DNA of 64,000 nucleotides from Candidatus Magasanikiibacteriota bacterium. GTDB lineage: Bacteria > Patescibacteriota > Patescibacteriia > Magasanikbacterales > GWA2-37-8. The position numbers and the translations under genes were made by a program. The stretch covers positions 427,842 through 491,841 of the forward strand of contig CAWDHY010000001.1 of assembly GCA_963802255.1 (NCBI GenBank). Direction: 5' to 3'. Shown here one piece after another: positions 48,390 to 58,278 of the stretch. Numbering within the stretch: position 1 is the stretch's first letter; the number at the start of each line of letters is the position of its first letter. The notes under the pieces are model-generated. The model had not been told where the DNA came from. It ran no database searches and worked only from the letters and a program-made list of their open reading frames with translations.

Positions 48390-49625
48390 ATGAAGTATAA
48401 AATCGCCGCTTTATTTATTATTATGTTCGGCTTATTTTTTATGAGTCCGAATTTTGCGTATACGGACAATACGGCGACCGGTGGAAATAAAGAAGAAATT
48501 GACGATCTCAACAAACAAATAGCTGACAGGAAAGAAAAAATTAAACAGCTGGAGGACTCAATTAATATTTATAAAAAAAATATTGAGGATAAGCGGCTGG
48601 AGGCGGTTTCATTAAAAAATCAATTGAGTATTTTAGATAATAGACGCGCTCAGACCGAAGCGGATATCAAATTAACCAACGAGAGAATATCTCAGGCCAA
48701 GCTTGAAATTGAGGCTTTACAGCTTAGTATAGAAGACAAAGAGGCTTCTATAGCCAGGCAGAAAAAAATTATTTCGAAAATTGTCCGTAATATACATGCC
48801 GAAGATCAGAAAAATTATTTGGAAATATTGTTGACGAGCGAAACATTCGCTGATTTTTATAACCAGGCGAAATATTTGGAGAGCGTATATACTGACCTGG
48901 GTCAGTCGGTAAAAAATTTACGCATAGCAAAAGAGGATTTGGACGCAAAAAAATTGCAGGTAGAGGCAAAAAAGAAAACATACGAAGATTTAAAAATTGA
49001 ACTTGAAAATAAACAGAAGGATCTGATTGATCAGTCAAATATAAAGCAAAATTTGCTTTCTGCTACGCATTCTTCGGAGCTGAAATATCGTACTTTACTC
49101 GAAAGTTTGAAGCAACAGTATCAGGCAATTGAAGGAGAGGTGCGGACCTATGAAGACCAGGTGCGAAAAAAACTGGAAGACATTGAGAGATTTCAGGATT
49201 TAGGTGAGAGCGTTGGGGTATTATTGTGGCCGGTTGCCAGCCATTATATTACTTCAGCTTTTCATGATCCGGACTATCCTTATCGGCAAGTATTTGAGCA
49301 TAGCGGTATAGATTTGCGTGCGGCTCAAGGTTCGCCAATTAAGGCCGCAGCCTCCGGTTATGTCGCGCGGGCAAAGAGATGTTCCTTGGCTAGCTGTTAT
49401 AGCTACGTTTTGCTAGTCCACACCGGCAATTTATCAACAGTATATGGTCATATGAGCTCAATTAGCGTTTCTGAAGACCAATTTGTCAGCAAGGGTGACA
49501 TTATTGGTTATTCGGGCGGTACACCAGGCACTGTTGGTGCCGGACCGTTTGTCACCGGCCCGCATCTGCATTTTGAAGTTCGCGCCAATGGGATTCCTGT
49601 AAATCCGGTGCCATACCTTCAGTAA
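48390..49625 (+). CDS. Coiled-coil M23 peptidase (peptidoglycan DD-endopeptidase)
   Basis: Signal peptide, long coiled coil, intact HSGID (HxxxD) and HLH zinc ligands. Confidence 0.9.
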   Translation: MKYKIAALFIIMFGLFFMSPNFAYTDNTATGGNKEEIDDLNKQIADRKEKIKQLEDSINIYKKNIEDKRLEAVSLKNQLSILDNRRAQTEADIKLTNERISQAKLEIEALQLSIEDKEASIARQKKIISKIVRNIHAEDQKNYLEILLTSETFADFYNQAKYLESVYTDLGQSVKNLRIAKEDLDAKKLQVEAKKKTYEDLKIELENKQKDLIDQSNIKQNLLSATHSSELKYRTLLESLKQQYQAIEGEVRTYEDQVRKKLEDIERFQDLGESVGVLLWPVASHYITSAFHDPDYPYRQVFEHSGIDLRAAQGSPIKAAASGYVARAKRCSLASCYSYVLLVHTGNLSTVYGHMSSISVSEDQFVSKGDIIGYSGGTPGTVGAGPFVTGPHLHFEVRANGIPVNPVPYLQ

Positions 49626-49636
49626 TGTATAATATT

Positions 49637-49680
49637 AAAAAAAATCGCCGGTTCCTGTGACCGGCGATTTTTTATTTTTT
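49637..49680. terminator. Bidirectional terminator M23/xer
   Basis: AAAAAATCGCCGGT-N6-ACCGGCGATTTTTT. Confidence 0.85.
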
Positions 49681-50634
49681 TCCACTGTGAAATTTTCTGT
49701 GAATTTCGCGCAAATGTGGATTGGTTACATGAGTATATATTTGTGTTGTAACAATATTTTTATGACCCAACATTTCCTGTACGGAGCGCATATCGGCGCC
49801 TTGCTCCAGCAAGTCAGTTGCAAAACTATGGCGCAATGTATGTGGTGTAGCATCTACCGGTAAACCGGCCATTGTTGTATATTTTTTTACCAATCTTTCA
49901 ATTGAACGGGTTGTTAAGCGGTGATCGGCGTCATTTTTATCCGGACGGTAATTGATAAATAGGGGAGGGCACATGTCTTTTCTGGTTTTAAAATACTTTC
50001 CGATCCATTCAAGAGCCCGCCGTGAGAAATATACAGTCCGGGTTGATCCGCCTTTTCCGGAAATAGAAATTTCTAAATCATTAATTTTATTTTCCACGAT
50101 ATTTTTAATATTGAATAGGCGTATATTAAGCGACGTTAGTTCTGAGACGCGCATGCCGGTAGAGAAGAGGACCTCCAGGATTGAACGGTCGCGCAAGCCC
50201 TCGGGTGTCGATGTATCAGGCATACTCATCAGCTTTTCAACCTGGTCAAAATTTAAAAATTTTATTTTTTTATCCTTGTCTGTTAATTTAGGTAAAGAAA
50301 TCTTGTCCGCCGGCAGTGAAATGATATCTTTTGTCGCAAAATACGTCACTAGGTTGCGTAAAGCGATCAGATAGTAGTTTTGAGTGGTCTTCTTGATATA
50401 TCTGCCTTTGGAATCGGTTTTACGGGACAAGTATAGCCTATAATTCCAAATATGGTCAGGATCAAGCTCGTGGGGCTTTAATTCAGTTAAATCCTGTTTT
50501 TCCAGCCAGGTAATAAACATTTTAAGAAAGTTATGATAATTGCGGGTTGATACCGGGCTGAGACCTTTTTCAATTTCGCAATAGTCAAGAAAGTCAGGAA
50601 TGTGCTTGATGATTGTCTTAGAAGATTTGTTCAT
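49672..50634 (-). CDS. XerC/D-like tyrosine recombinase
   Basis: RD.SILEVLFSTGMRVSEL, GKGG, HTLRHSFATDLL, MLGH..IVTTQIYTHV (R-K-H-R-H-Y intact). Confidence 0.93.
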   Translation of the reverse strand: MNKSSKTIIKHIPDFLDYCEIEKGLSPVSTRNYHNFLKMFITWLEKQDLTELKPHELDPDHIWNYRLYLSRKTDSKGRYIKKTTQNYYLIALRNLVTYFATKDIISLPADKISLPKLTDKDKKIKFLNFDQVEKLMSMPDTSTPEGLRDRSILEVLFSTGMRVSELTSLNIRLFNIKNIVENKINDLEISISGKGGSTRTVYFSRRALEWIGKYFKTRKDMCPPLFINYRPDKNDADHRLTTRSIERLVKKYTTMAGLPVDATPHTLRHSFATDLLEQGADMRSVQEMLGHKNIVTTQIYTHVTNPHLREIHRKFHSGKK

Positions 50635-50657
50635 ATTGTGTATTAATCCTGGTATAC

Positions 50658-50687
50658 AACGTCTCTTAATCTATGTTATACGACGTT
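50658..50687. other. dif-like Xer recombination/binding site
   Basis: ACGTCTCTTAA-TCTATG-TTATACGACGT: 11-6-11 imperfect palindrome with TAA-N6-TTA core. Confidence 0.65.
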
Positions 50688-50693
50688 AGATAT

Positions 50694-50722
50694 ATCTTAA
50701 TATAACCTTTTATCTTCGTCAA
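50694..50722 (-). promoter_or_regulatory. xer promoter
   Basis: TTGACG-17 bp-TAAGAT. Confidence 0.65.
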
Positions 50723-50729
50723 CACCGCC

Positions 50730-51767
50730 CTATTTCCAGAATATCCTCTCTCCGAATCGCAGATCAATATATTCAACAGGGTTTATATCCCGATTTGATA
50801 AAATTGTTTTTAGATTATTTATCTGGCCGTCAATGGAATTCTCGGGCTGAATCAGCAAAAGCCAGTTTTTATCCAGATGAACAGTCAGTCCTGCCGGCGG
50901 ATTGCCAGTTTCAAAGTAATGAATATCCCCTATCCCCTCGTCATGCAAGGTTTTTTGCCAGTCAATAATTGAACTTATTATATTTGATGTCAGTACGTTT
51001 GTTTGTTTTTCGTCAATTTGTTGTCTTCTGGTATCTAAAAGTATGGGTACATCCGCGTAATTTCTTGATAATTTGCCGTAATCAGGTTTATGATATACGA
51101 TAATTGTCGGTGCAGTAGAAGTGGTGTCATTTTGAACTATGGTCGTGGAAGCACTGCTTGTCTGCATCGTGGTGAGTGTTTCTACGGGTATTTGAGAATA
51201 TTGTTCAATAATTTTTATTACAGTCCCGTCTTTATCCAGTAAACTGTAACTCGCTTCGTTGTCATAGATTATTGTAGTTATTTTTTCTTCAATCTTAATA
51301 TAGATTAATCCGGGAAAAACTTTTTTTACGGTAACGCTGTCAATTGCGTATTTTGAATTGATATCTTCTTCAACTTTGCCTTCGCTTATAAAAAAATAAT
51401 TATTGTGCGGTATTACTCCGCCAGTTAGATATTTGTCGCTTATGTATTCGCTAATTTCCGACAATTCAATAATTTTTAGTCCTTCAAAGTTTATTTTATT
51501 AATTCGAAAATACGGTAAATATATCATCAGTATTATCCATGCAAGAATAACTCCCCCAAGGAGCGACAGTATTATTTTCCCGCGGTAATTTTTTTTCGCC
51601 GCCGGTTTCATAAAAACGGGCCTGGTCGTTGCCGAAAATGAAGGTGATGCTAATTTATTTGACAGATGAGAATATCTTTTTATTCTTTTAAAAAAATTAA
51701 AAAAACCGCCTTTCTTTTGTGGCTCATATTGTTTAAAACTTCCGTAAGATTTGATGTATTTATCCAT
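50730..51767 (-). CDS. FtsQ/DivIB-like POTRA protein
   Basis: Single TM, PYFRINKINFEG, VKKVFPGLIYIKIEE, C-terminal EYIDLRFGERIFWK. Confidence 0.8.
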   Translation of the reverse strand: MDKYIKSYGSFKQYEPQKKGGFFNFFKRIKRYSHLSNKLASPSFSATTRPVFMKPAAKKNYRGKIILSLLGGVILAWIILMIYLPYFRINKINFEGLKIIELSEISEYISDKYLTGGVIPHNNYFFISEGKVEEDINSKYAIDSVTVKKVFPGLIYIKIEEKITTIIYDNEASYSLLDKDGTVIKIIEQYSQIPVETLTTMQTSSASTTIVQNDTTSTAPTIIVYHKPDYGKLSRNYADVPILLDTRRQQIDEKQTNVLTSNIISSIIDWQKTLHDEGIGDIHYFETGNPPAGLTVHLDKNWLLLIQPENSIDGQINNLKTILSNRDINPVEYIDLRFGERIFWK

Positions 51768-51776
51768 AATAAGGCT

Positions 51777-52892
51777 CTACCTGTACACTCTTAATATTGT
51801 GGGATTAATTCTTGTGACAATTTCGTAGTTAATTGTTTTCGCCCATTTTGCCATGTCATCCGCAGTGATTGATTTCCCTTTTTGGGTACCGATTAAGGTG
51901 GCTATATCGCCTGCCTTAACATTTTTTATAGAACTCACATCAACCATACAGATATTCATACAAATTCTGCCCCGGATATGGCAATGAACGCCTTTAATCA
52001 GTACTAATCCGTTGTTGCTAAGACTTCTATCGTAGCCGTCCCAATATCCTACCGGTAAAGTAGCTAATTTAGTAGATTTTTTTGTTGTGTAAGACCCCCC
52101 ATAGCCGATTTTCGTCCAAGCGGGAACGGTTCGTACCTGAATAATTTTTGTGTGCCATGAAAGCGCCGGTCGTAAATTTATTTTTTTCCGGCTTAATTCG
52201 TCCGGATATAATCCGTAAATGCTCAATCCCACTCGCACAGCATTCATACGGCTTTTTGAATATAAAATTCCGGCCGCTGAACATGCAAAATGCTGAATCG
52301 GTATTTTAATTCCCGCATTTTTTATTTTATCGGATAAATCGTTAAAGACCATCATCTGATGTTCGGTAAATACCCTATCTTCTTCGCTTGACGCAAAATG
52401 GCTGTACAATCCTTCGATTTCAATTCGTTGCATTTTGCGGATCTTTTTTATGAAAGGTAAAACATCTTTTGCCAAAAGTCCGACGCGAGACGCTCCAGTG
52501 TCAACCTTGATGTGAACCCTTATTTTTTTACGCGCCCTATCCCCTATTCTGTTAAGAAAATGGGCCTGTTTTAGAGAATAAAGCGGAAAAATAGTGTCTT
52601 TTTTAGCTAATATTAGCGCTTTTTCTGTATTTTTTGTATCAAAAAAAGTTAATATTACAATGGGTTTCTTAATTTTGTGAGTTATCAGTTCAAGCGCCTC
52701 ATCACAGTTTACCACGCAAATGCGGTTCGTCTCAGGTGCCTGGTCACAAATTTTTGCAACTTCCAAAAAGCCATGCCCATAGGCATTGGCTTTAATTACC
52801 GGCATAATCTGCACTTTTGGACCAACGATTTTTTTGAATTGCCGTAAATTGTACTTGATCGCGTTTGAGTTTATATCAAGCCAGGTAAACAT
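51777..52892 (-). CDS. alr: Alanine racemase
   Basis: VIKANAYGHG, HIKVDTGASRVG, GYWDG, GRICM, TINYE. Confidence 0.96.
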   Translation of the reverse strand: MFTWLDINSNAIKYNLRQFKKIVGPKVQIMPVIKANAYGHGFLEVAKICDQAPETNRICVVNCDEALELITHKIKKPIVILTFFDTKNTEKALILAKKDTIFPLYSLKQAHFLNRIGDRARKKIRVHIKVDTGASRVGLLAKDVLPFIKKIRKMQRIEIEGLYSHFASSEEDRVFTEHQMMVFNDLSDKIKNAGIKIPIQHFACSAAGILYSKSRMNAVRVGLSIYGLYPDELSRKKINLRPALSWHTKIIQVRTVPAWTKIGYGGSYTTKKSTKLATLPVGYWDGYDRSLSNNGLVLIKGVHCHIRGRICMNICMVDVSSIKNVKAGDIATLIGTQKGKSITADDMAKWAKTINYEIVTRINPTILRVYR

Positions 52893-52895
52893 AGA

Positions 52896-54149
52896 TCAGA
52901 GTTTTTTCAGTCCGCAATATTTTTTTAAAGCCTTAGGAACTAAAATTGTACCGTCCTTTTGCTGGTAGTTTTCTATTATTGCCAGTGGAAACCGGCTTAA
53001 AGGCACTCCGGTTCCATTAAGAGTATGGACGTATTCCAATGAACCGTCATTTTTGCGATATTTAATATTGAGACGGCGTGACTGATAATCGGTACAATTA
53101 CTACAGCTCGTAATTTCCCCATAACCGCCCTGATCAGTGCCCTCATTTTTCATAGTCATCCATGCCTCAAGGTCGTATTTTCGGTAAGCCGGTCCGCCAA
53201 GATCGCCCGTTGCAATATCAATTACGCGATAAGGCAATTTCAATCCATCGGCGATATCCTTTTCAATAGTTAAAATTTCTTCGTGATATTTTTCGCTATC
53301 TTCGGGTTTACAAAAAACAAACATTTCAAGTTTGGTAAATTGATGGACACGATAAAGCCCCTTGCTCGTCCTACCGTAAGCGCCCGCTTCTGTGCGGAAA
53401 CAATGTGATAAAGCAACGTATTTAATTGGTCCTTTAGACAGATCCAATATTTCATTGGCGTGATATCCCCCGACGGTAATTTCAGCTGTGCCAATCAGGC
53501 TTAAATCCGAATTTTCGATGGAATAAACTTGGGTTTCATCGCCCCTCGGATTAAAGCCGATGCCTCTTAAAATTTCATCTTTTGCCATATCCGGAGTTTC
53601 CATTAGCGAATAACCGTGTTTGGCAATAATATCAATGGCATAATTAAGCAGAGCCAGATTCAAACGCACTAAATTGTTTTTGTAAAAATAGAATTTTGAC
53701 GCCGTGACTTTTGCCGCTCTTTCAAAGTCTATCAAATCATTTGCTATCATCAGTTCCTCATGATCTTTTGGCTCAAAATTAAATTTTTTTGGCTCAAAGT
53801 TTTTTTCTATGACCTTATAATCGCCCTCTCCCCCGACTGGACTGTCGGGATGAGTTAAATTCGGAACTGCCAAAATAAGTTCAAGATAATTATCATCAAT
53901 TTTTTTTTGAATTTCTTCCAGTTGTTTGATTTCCTCTCCTACTGCCCGAAGTTTTGTTATTTCATCATCAGTCGGTTTAGCTTTCGATTTTTGGTTTCTT
54001 TTTGCCCGAAGTTCCTCAACTTGTGCTAAATTTAAACGACGGGCCTCATCCAGTTCAAGAAGCTTATCAATATCTATTTTTACTTTTCGGTTTAAGCAAT
54101 TCTTTTTTATCAGTTCGGCGTTATCACGGATGAATTTAATATCTAACAT
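52896..54149 (-). CDS. serS: Serine--tRNA ligase
   Basis: MLDIKFIR, GTAE, FRTEAG, YRVHQF.KLE, HTLNGT. Confidence 0.97.
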   Translation of the reverse strand: MLDIKFIRDNAELIKKNCLNRKVKIDIDKLLELDEARRLNLAQVEELRAKRNQKSKAKPTDDEITKLRAVGEEIKQLEEIQKKIDDNYLELILAVPNLTHPDSPVGGEGDYKVIEKNFEPKKFNFEPKDHEELMIANDLIDFERAAKVTASKFYFYKNNLVRLNLALLNYAIDIIAKHGYSLMETPDMAKDEILRGIGFNPRGDETQVYSIENSDLSLIGTAEITVGGYHANEILDLSKGPIKYVALSHCFRTEAGAYGRTSKGLYRVHQFTKLEMFVFCKPEDSEKYHEEILTIEKDIADGLKLPYRVIDIATGDLGGPAYRKYDLEAWMTMKNEGTDQGGYGEITSCSNCTDYQSRRLNIKYRKNDGSLEYVHTLNGTGVPLSRFPLAIIENYQQKDGTILVPKALKKYCGLKKL

Positions 54150-54161
54150 AAGACATAAGAA

Positions 54162-55625
54162 TTAATTATTTGGTTTAAGTGTGGGGAAAAGAATTACTTC
54201 TTTAAGATTTTCTGAATTAGTCAGCAGTTTGACAAACCTATCAATTCCCATCCCCAGACCGGCTGTCGGAGGCATTCCGTGTTTTAAAGCCGTAATAAAA
54301 TCATCATCAAATCTCATACTCTCTTCATCGCCAAGTTCACGCTCCAATTCCTGTTCTCTGAATCGCGACTCCTGATCAATTGGATCATTAAGTTCGCTAA
54401 ATGCATTACATAACTCGGTGCCACCAACACACAGTAGTTGAAAACGTTCTGTGTAGCGGGGATCATTTTCGCGGCGCTTTGCCAGCGGAGAAAGTTCTAC
54501 GGGGTGATCCGTCATAAATATCGGATTGATAATGTTTGGACGCGCATATTTTTTATAGATTTCATCAATCAGCTTGCCTCTGCCCAAATTTTTATTTATG
54601 TCTTCAATTTTTAATTCTATAGCTTTTTTATACATCGATTTTTGATCCGGGCACTCCTCAATGTCAAATTTTGCGTATTCAATAATAAGGTCACGCATCG
54701 TTTTCCGCGGATACGGTGGTGTAAAGTCGACATCTTTCCCCAGCGTTTCAAATTTTAACGGTAATCCTGCCGCCTTAATGATTTTTGGTATCATGTCTTC
54801 AAACATGGTCATCAGCATTTTATAGTCGGCATAAGCCCAGTAAGCTTCAATCTGAGTAAACTCCGGATTGTGGTTATTATCGATTCCTTCATTTCTGAAA
54901 CAGCGTCCAAGCTCATAAACTTTTTCAAAACCGCCGACAATTAGGCGTTTTAAATACAACTCCGGAGCGACCCTTAAATACAAATCAATATCAAGAGAAT
55001 TATGATGCGTGATGAAGGGTTTAGCGATTGCGCCTCCAGGCAAAGCCTGTAACATTGGCGTTTCAACTTCGTAGAATCCAAGAGAATCGAAATAGTTGCG
55101 AATTTCTCTGACAACAAAACTGCGAATTTTTGCAATTTGCATTGACTCGTCATTTGAGAGCAGATCCAGATAGCGCTGTCTGTATCTGGTTTCAATATTT
55201 GACAATCCATGAAATTTTTCCGGTAAAGGCAGTAATGTCTTTGATAATAGAGTATATTTTTTTGCTAAAACCGATATTTCCCCTTTATGTGTAATAAACA
55301 TTTCTCCCTCAATACCTACAAAATCTCCCAAATCAAAATTTTTCACGAAAAATTTAAAGGCATCTTTACCTAATTCTTTTTCTGAAATTGCAATTTGGAG
55401 CTTATTTGAAAAATCCTTGATGTTGGCAAAGCAAAGCTTGCCCATTTCTCTTTTAGAGACCAATCTTCCGGCCACATTTACAATAGTACCCTCTTTTGAG
55501 GCTCGTGCTTCAGCCAAAGTCATATCTAACGTAGCCCGGCTGGGATATGGATTTATTCCGCTCTCCTTAATAGTCTTCAGCCGTTCAATTCGTGTTTGTT
55601 CCTCGTTTAAAATATCTTGATTCAT
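54162..55625 (-). CDS. lysS: Lysine--tRNA ligase (class II)
   Basis: YRQRYLDL, APELYLKRL, FRNEG, HNPEF, GMGIDR. Confidence 0.97.
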   Translation of the reverse strand: MNQDILNEEQTRIERLKTIKESGINPYPSRATLDMTLAEARASKEGTIVNVAGRLVSKREMGKLCFANIKDFSNKLQIAISEKELGKDAFKFFVKNFDLGDFVGIEGEMFITHKGEISVLAKKYTLLSKTLLPLPEKFHGLSNIETRYRQRYLDLLSNDESMQIAKIRSFVVREIRNYFDSLGFYEVETPMLQALPGGAIAKPFITHHNSLDIDLYLRVAPELYLKRLIVGGFEKVYELGRCFRNEGIDNNHNPEFTQIEAYWAYADYKMLMTMFEDMIPKIIKAAGLPLKFETLGKDVDFTPPYPRKTMRDLIIEYAKFDIEECPDQKSMYKKAIELKIEDINKNLGRGKLIDEIYKKYARPNIINPIFMTDHPVELSPLAKRRENDPRYTERFQLLCVGGTELCNAFSELNDPIDQESRFREQELERELGDEESMRFDDDFITALKHGMPPTAGLGMGIDRFVKLLTNSENLKEVILFPTLKPNN

Positions 55626-55646
55626 AATTTATGTAAATTATACAAT

Positions 55647-55675
55647 ATTATACCGCAAATATTAAACGGCGTCAA
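55647..55675 (-). promoter_or_regulatory. lysS promoter
   Basis: TTGACG-17 bp-TATAAT. Confidence 0.7.
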
Positions 55676-55707
55676 AAAAATCGCCTTTAATAAAACGGCG
55701 GTTTTTT
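55674..55707 (-). terminator. greA terminator
   Basis: AAAAAACCGCC...GGCGATTTTTTT on the minus strand. Confidence 0.6.
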
Positions 55708-55717
55708 CTCTAATTTC

Positions 55718-56185
55718 TTACTTAATTTTGGTAATTTTATACACTTGTTTTCCGGACGGCGCTTCCACTTCTACCGTATCCCCGACCGAACAACTGATAA
55801 AAGAACTACCCAAAGGAGATTCATTGGAAATTTTACCGCCAAACGGGTCGGCCTCTTGAGGCCCGACTATAGTGTATTCCTTTGTTTTACCGTTAAAATC
55901 CACTACCACAGTGTCGCCGACAGTCACGGAATCCTTGTTTGATTTACCTTCTTCAATAATTACCGCGTTTGAAAGTAAATTATCCAACGCCTGCAGTCTT
56001 CCTTGCGCCCAAGCCATTTCTTCTTTTGCCTGATGATATTCCGCGTTTTCTGAAAGGTCGCCTTGTTGCTTAGCCTCATCAATACGGTTGGCTATCTCCG
56101 GAATTTTCATATTTTTTAATTTATCATATTCCAGTTTCAGAGCCTCATGGCTGTTTTTTGACAGATATTGAGTATTTTCAGTCAT
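55718..56185 (-). CDS. greA: Transcription elongation factor GreA
   Basis: GDLSENAEY, EADP..GKISNESPLG. Confidence 0.96.
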   Translation of the reverse strand: MTENTQYLSKNSHEALKLEYDKLKNMKIPEIANRIDEAKQQGDLSENAEYHQAKEEMAWAQGRLQALDNLLSNAVIIEEGKSNKDSVTVGDTVVVDFNGKTKEYTIVGPQEADPFGGKISNESPLGSSFISCSVGDTVEVEAPSGKQVYKITKIK

Positions 56186-56252
56186 AAAATTAAACATTAA
56201 AAATACAGATATCATCTTCCGCTTATGCGGTTAATAGATATCCGCTTTACCG

Positions 56253-56280
56253 ATTATATCATAAGATAAAAACGAGTCAA
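56253..56280 (-). promoter_or_regulatory. greA promoter
   Basis: TTGACT-16 bp-TATAAT with extended TG. Confidence 0.75.
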
Positions 56281-56292
56281 AAGGGTTATCCA

Positions 56293-58272
56293 CTATTTTA
56301 GATATTTCGCACCCCACCACTCCAAAAACTTCTCTGCTATTGGCTGGGCCGCTGTACTGCCCTCGACCCCCTCTTCGATCAGTATTGTTACCACAATTTG
56401 AGGCCGGTTAAAAGGGGCGAATGATGTAAACCATGCATGATCAGGGCTTGTCTTGCTCCATTGAGCCGTACCGGTTTTTCCCGCTGAAGAAAAAGGTAAG
56501 TATCTTAACATATTACAGCTTCCATAAACGACACAATCTCGCATTCCCTGTCTGACTATTTCAATATTTGAAGGTGATATGAAATTTTGATTGATATATT
56601 CCGTTTGTTTAGGATAGTTTATCTTAGATACGGGGTCGATGACAGAGTTAACTAAATGAGGCTTTATTACCTTGCCCCCGTTTGCTATCGTGGCAGTCCA
56701 GACGGCTACTTGAAGAGGTGTCACCAATAAGTCGCCTTGTCCGATTGAAAGATTGTAGGTATCTCCTATATACCACATTTCATTTTTAACGCTTTCCTTC
56801 CACTCTTTGCTTGGCAAGAAACCGGAACTTTCGCCCGGCAAATCAATCCCGGTTGTGTTTGATAAATTAAATTTTCTGAGATAAGAAACAATTTTATCCG
56901 CGCCTAATCCTACAAATTTGCTGTAACCGCCGCCGATATAATAAAAAAATGTATTTACCGACCAGGCGAGCGCTTTTTTTACATTCGTGATTCCGTGTCC
57001 GCCCGCCTTCCAGTCCTTAAAAAACCAGCGGTCAATCTGAAGCCCCCCGGTGCTTAAAAATGAAGTGTTTTGATTAATTATTCCTTCTTCTAACGCCGCC
57101 GCCGCGATCAAAGGCTTTACAGTTGAACCTGAAGGATATGTTCCCGCTATCGCCCGGTTAAATAATGGCTGATCCGGATTGGATAAATATGTGTCATATT
57201 TTTCCTGGGATATTCCTCCGGAAAAATCGTTATTATTAAATGCAGGAAGGCTGACCATTGCCAAAATTTCTCCGGTCTGCGGATTTAGCGCTACGCCGGC
57301 CGCACGCTTCCAATTATTATCAGACAATGTTTCGGTAATCAGATTTTCCATTTTCATCTGGGCCTCCATATCCAAACTTAGTACCAGATGTTTTCCGGGA
57401 ACGGGTGCTTCTTCAGCCAGTACATTTTGTTCCCTGCCCAGAGCATTAACCTCAATTTTTTTTCTTCCGTAAATACCCCGAAGAGCATCTTCGTAGAAAT
57501 TTTCCAGTCCGTCTTTACCGATATAATCGGAAGGCAAATAACCCCTTTGTCTTAATTCGCCGAGTTCGGTTTCATTAATTTTACCCATGTAGCCGATTAT
57601 GTGGGATAACGAAGAAGAGGTATTTCCATCTTCCTTTGAAGGCTGATACAAGCGTTTGGTCCCCTTTTCAATTACAATGCCGGGTAAATTTGCGTTTTTA
57701 ATATATAATTTTAAGGCGGATTCATAATCGAGATTGTCTTTTACTGTTAATGACTCAAAACTATAATTGCTGTATTTTTTAATCAGAGCATTAATTTCGC
57801 CTTCGTTCACTCCGCTAATACCGGCAATTTGAGATATTACTTCACGGCGCTCATCAATTTTTTGGGGTAAATCCTGAGGAACGATAGATAAAGAAAAACT
57901 TGGCACGTTTTCAGTTAATTGATTACCGAAACGGTCGTAAACCAGTCCTCTTTCAGCCGGGATGGGCTTTATCCGTACTCTGTTATTCTCCGCTAAATTT
58001 CTGAAATAGTCAGCATTAATAATCTGCAAAAAGAAAATTCGTCCGCCCACGATAAGCATTCCGGTAAAAAAAAGAATTAAAAGCCATATAATTTTTTTTG
58101 ATGCCAATCCGGCGCCGAGGTATCCGGAAGTTTCAGCGACCGAAATAGTTTGTCCGCCTTTTTCGTAATTAGAAAAGCTTCCCTCAACCCATTGATGCCT
58201 AAATTTACCGTTCAAATCCGAATCTGAAACGCGGTTTTTTGGCTCATAATCAAATGTTTGATCGTTTTGCAT
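56293..58272 (-). CDS. mrdA: Penicillin-binding protein 2
   Basis: RGLVYDRFG, YPSGSTVK (SxxK), SVN, GKTGTAQ; downstream of mreBCD. Confidence 0.93.
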   Translation of the reverse strand: MQNDQTFDYEPKNRVSDSDLNGKFRHQWVEGSFSNYEKGGQTISVAETSGYLGAGLASKKIIWLLILFFTGMLIVGGRIFFLQIINADYFRNLAENNRVRIKPIPAERGLVYDRFGNQLTENVPSFSLSIVPQDLPQKIDERREVISQIAGISGVNEGEINALIKKYSNYSFESLTVKDNLDYESALKLYIKNANLPGIVIEKGTKRLYQPSKEDGNTSSSLSHIIGYMGKINETELGELRQRGYLPSDYIGKDGLENFYEDALRGIYGRKKIEVNALGREQNVLAEEAPVPGKHLVLSLDMEAQMKMENLITETLSDNNWKRAAGVALNPQTGEILAMVSLPAFNNNDFSGGISQEKYDTYLSNPDQPLFNRAIAGTYPSGSTVKPLIAAAALEEGIINQNTSFLSTGGLQIDRWFFKDWKAGGHGITNVKKALAWSVNTFFYYIGGGYSKFVGLGADKIVSYLRKFNLSNTTGIDLPGESSGFLPSKEWKESVKNEMWYIGDTYNLSIGQGDLLVTPLQVAVWTATIANGGKVIKPHLVNSVIDPVSKINYPKQTEYINQNFISPSNIEIVRQGMRDCVVYGSCNMLRYLPFSSAGKTGTAQWSKTSPDHAWFTSFAPFNRPQIVVTILIEEGVEGSTAAQPIAEKFLEWWGAKYLK

Positions 58273-58278
58273 AATTCA

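Noticed and set aside
49672-50634. Tyrosine recombinase as a prophage/ICE integrase
   Set aside because: Flanked by core genes, with no cargo, tRNA target or att direct repeats; size and motifs fit a chromosomal Xer
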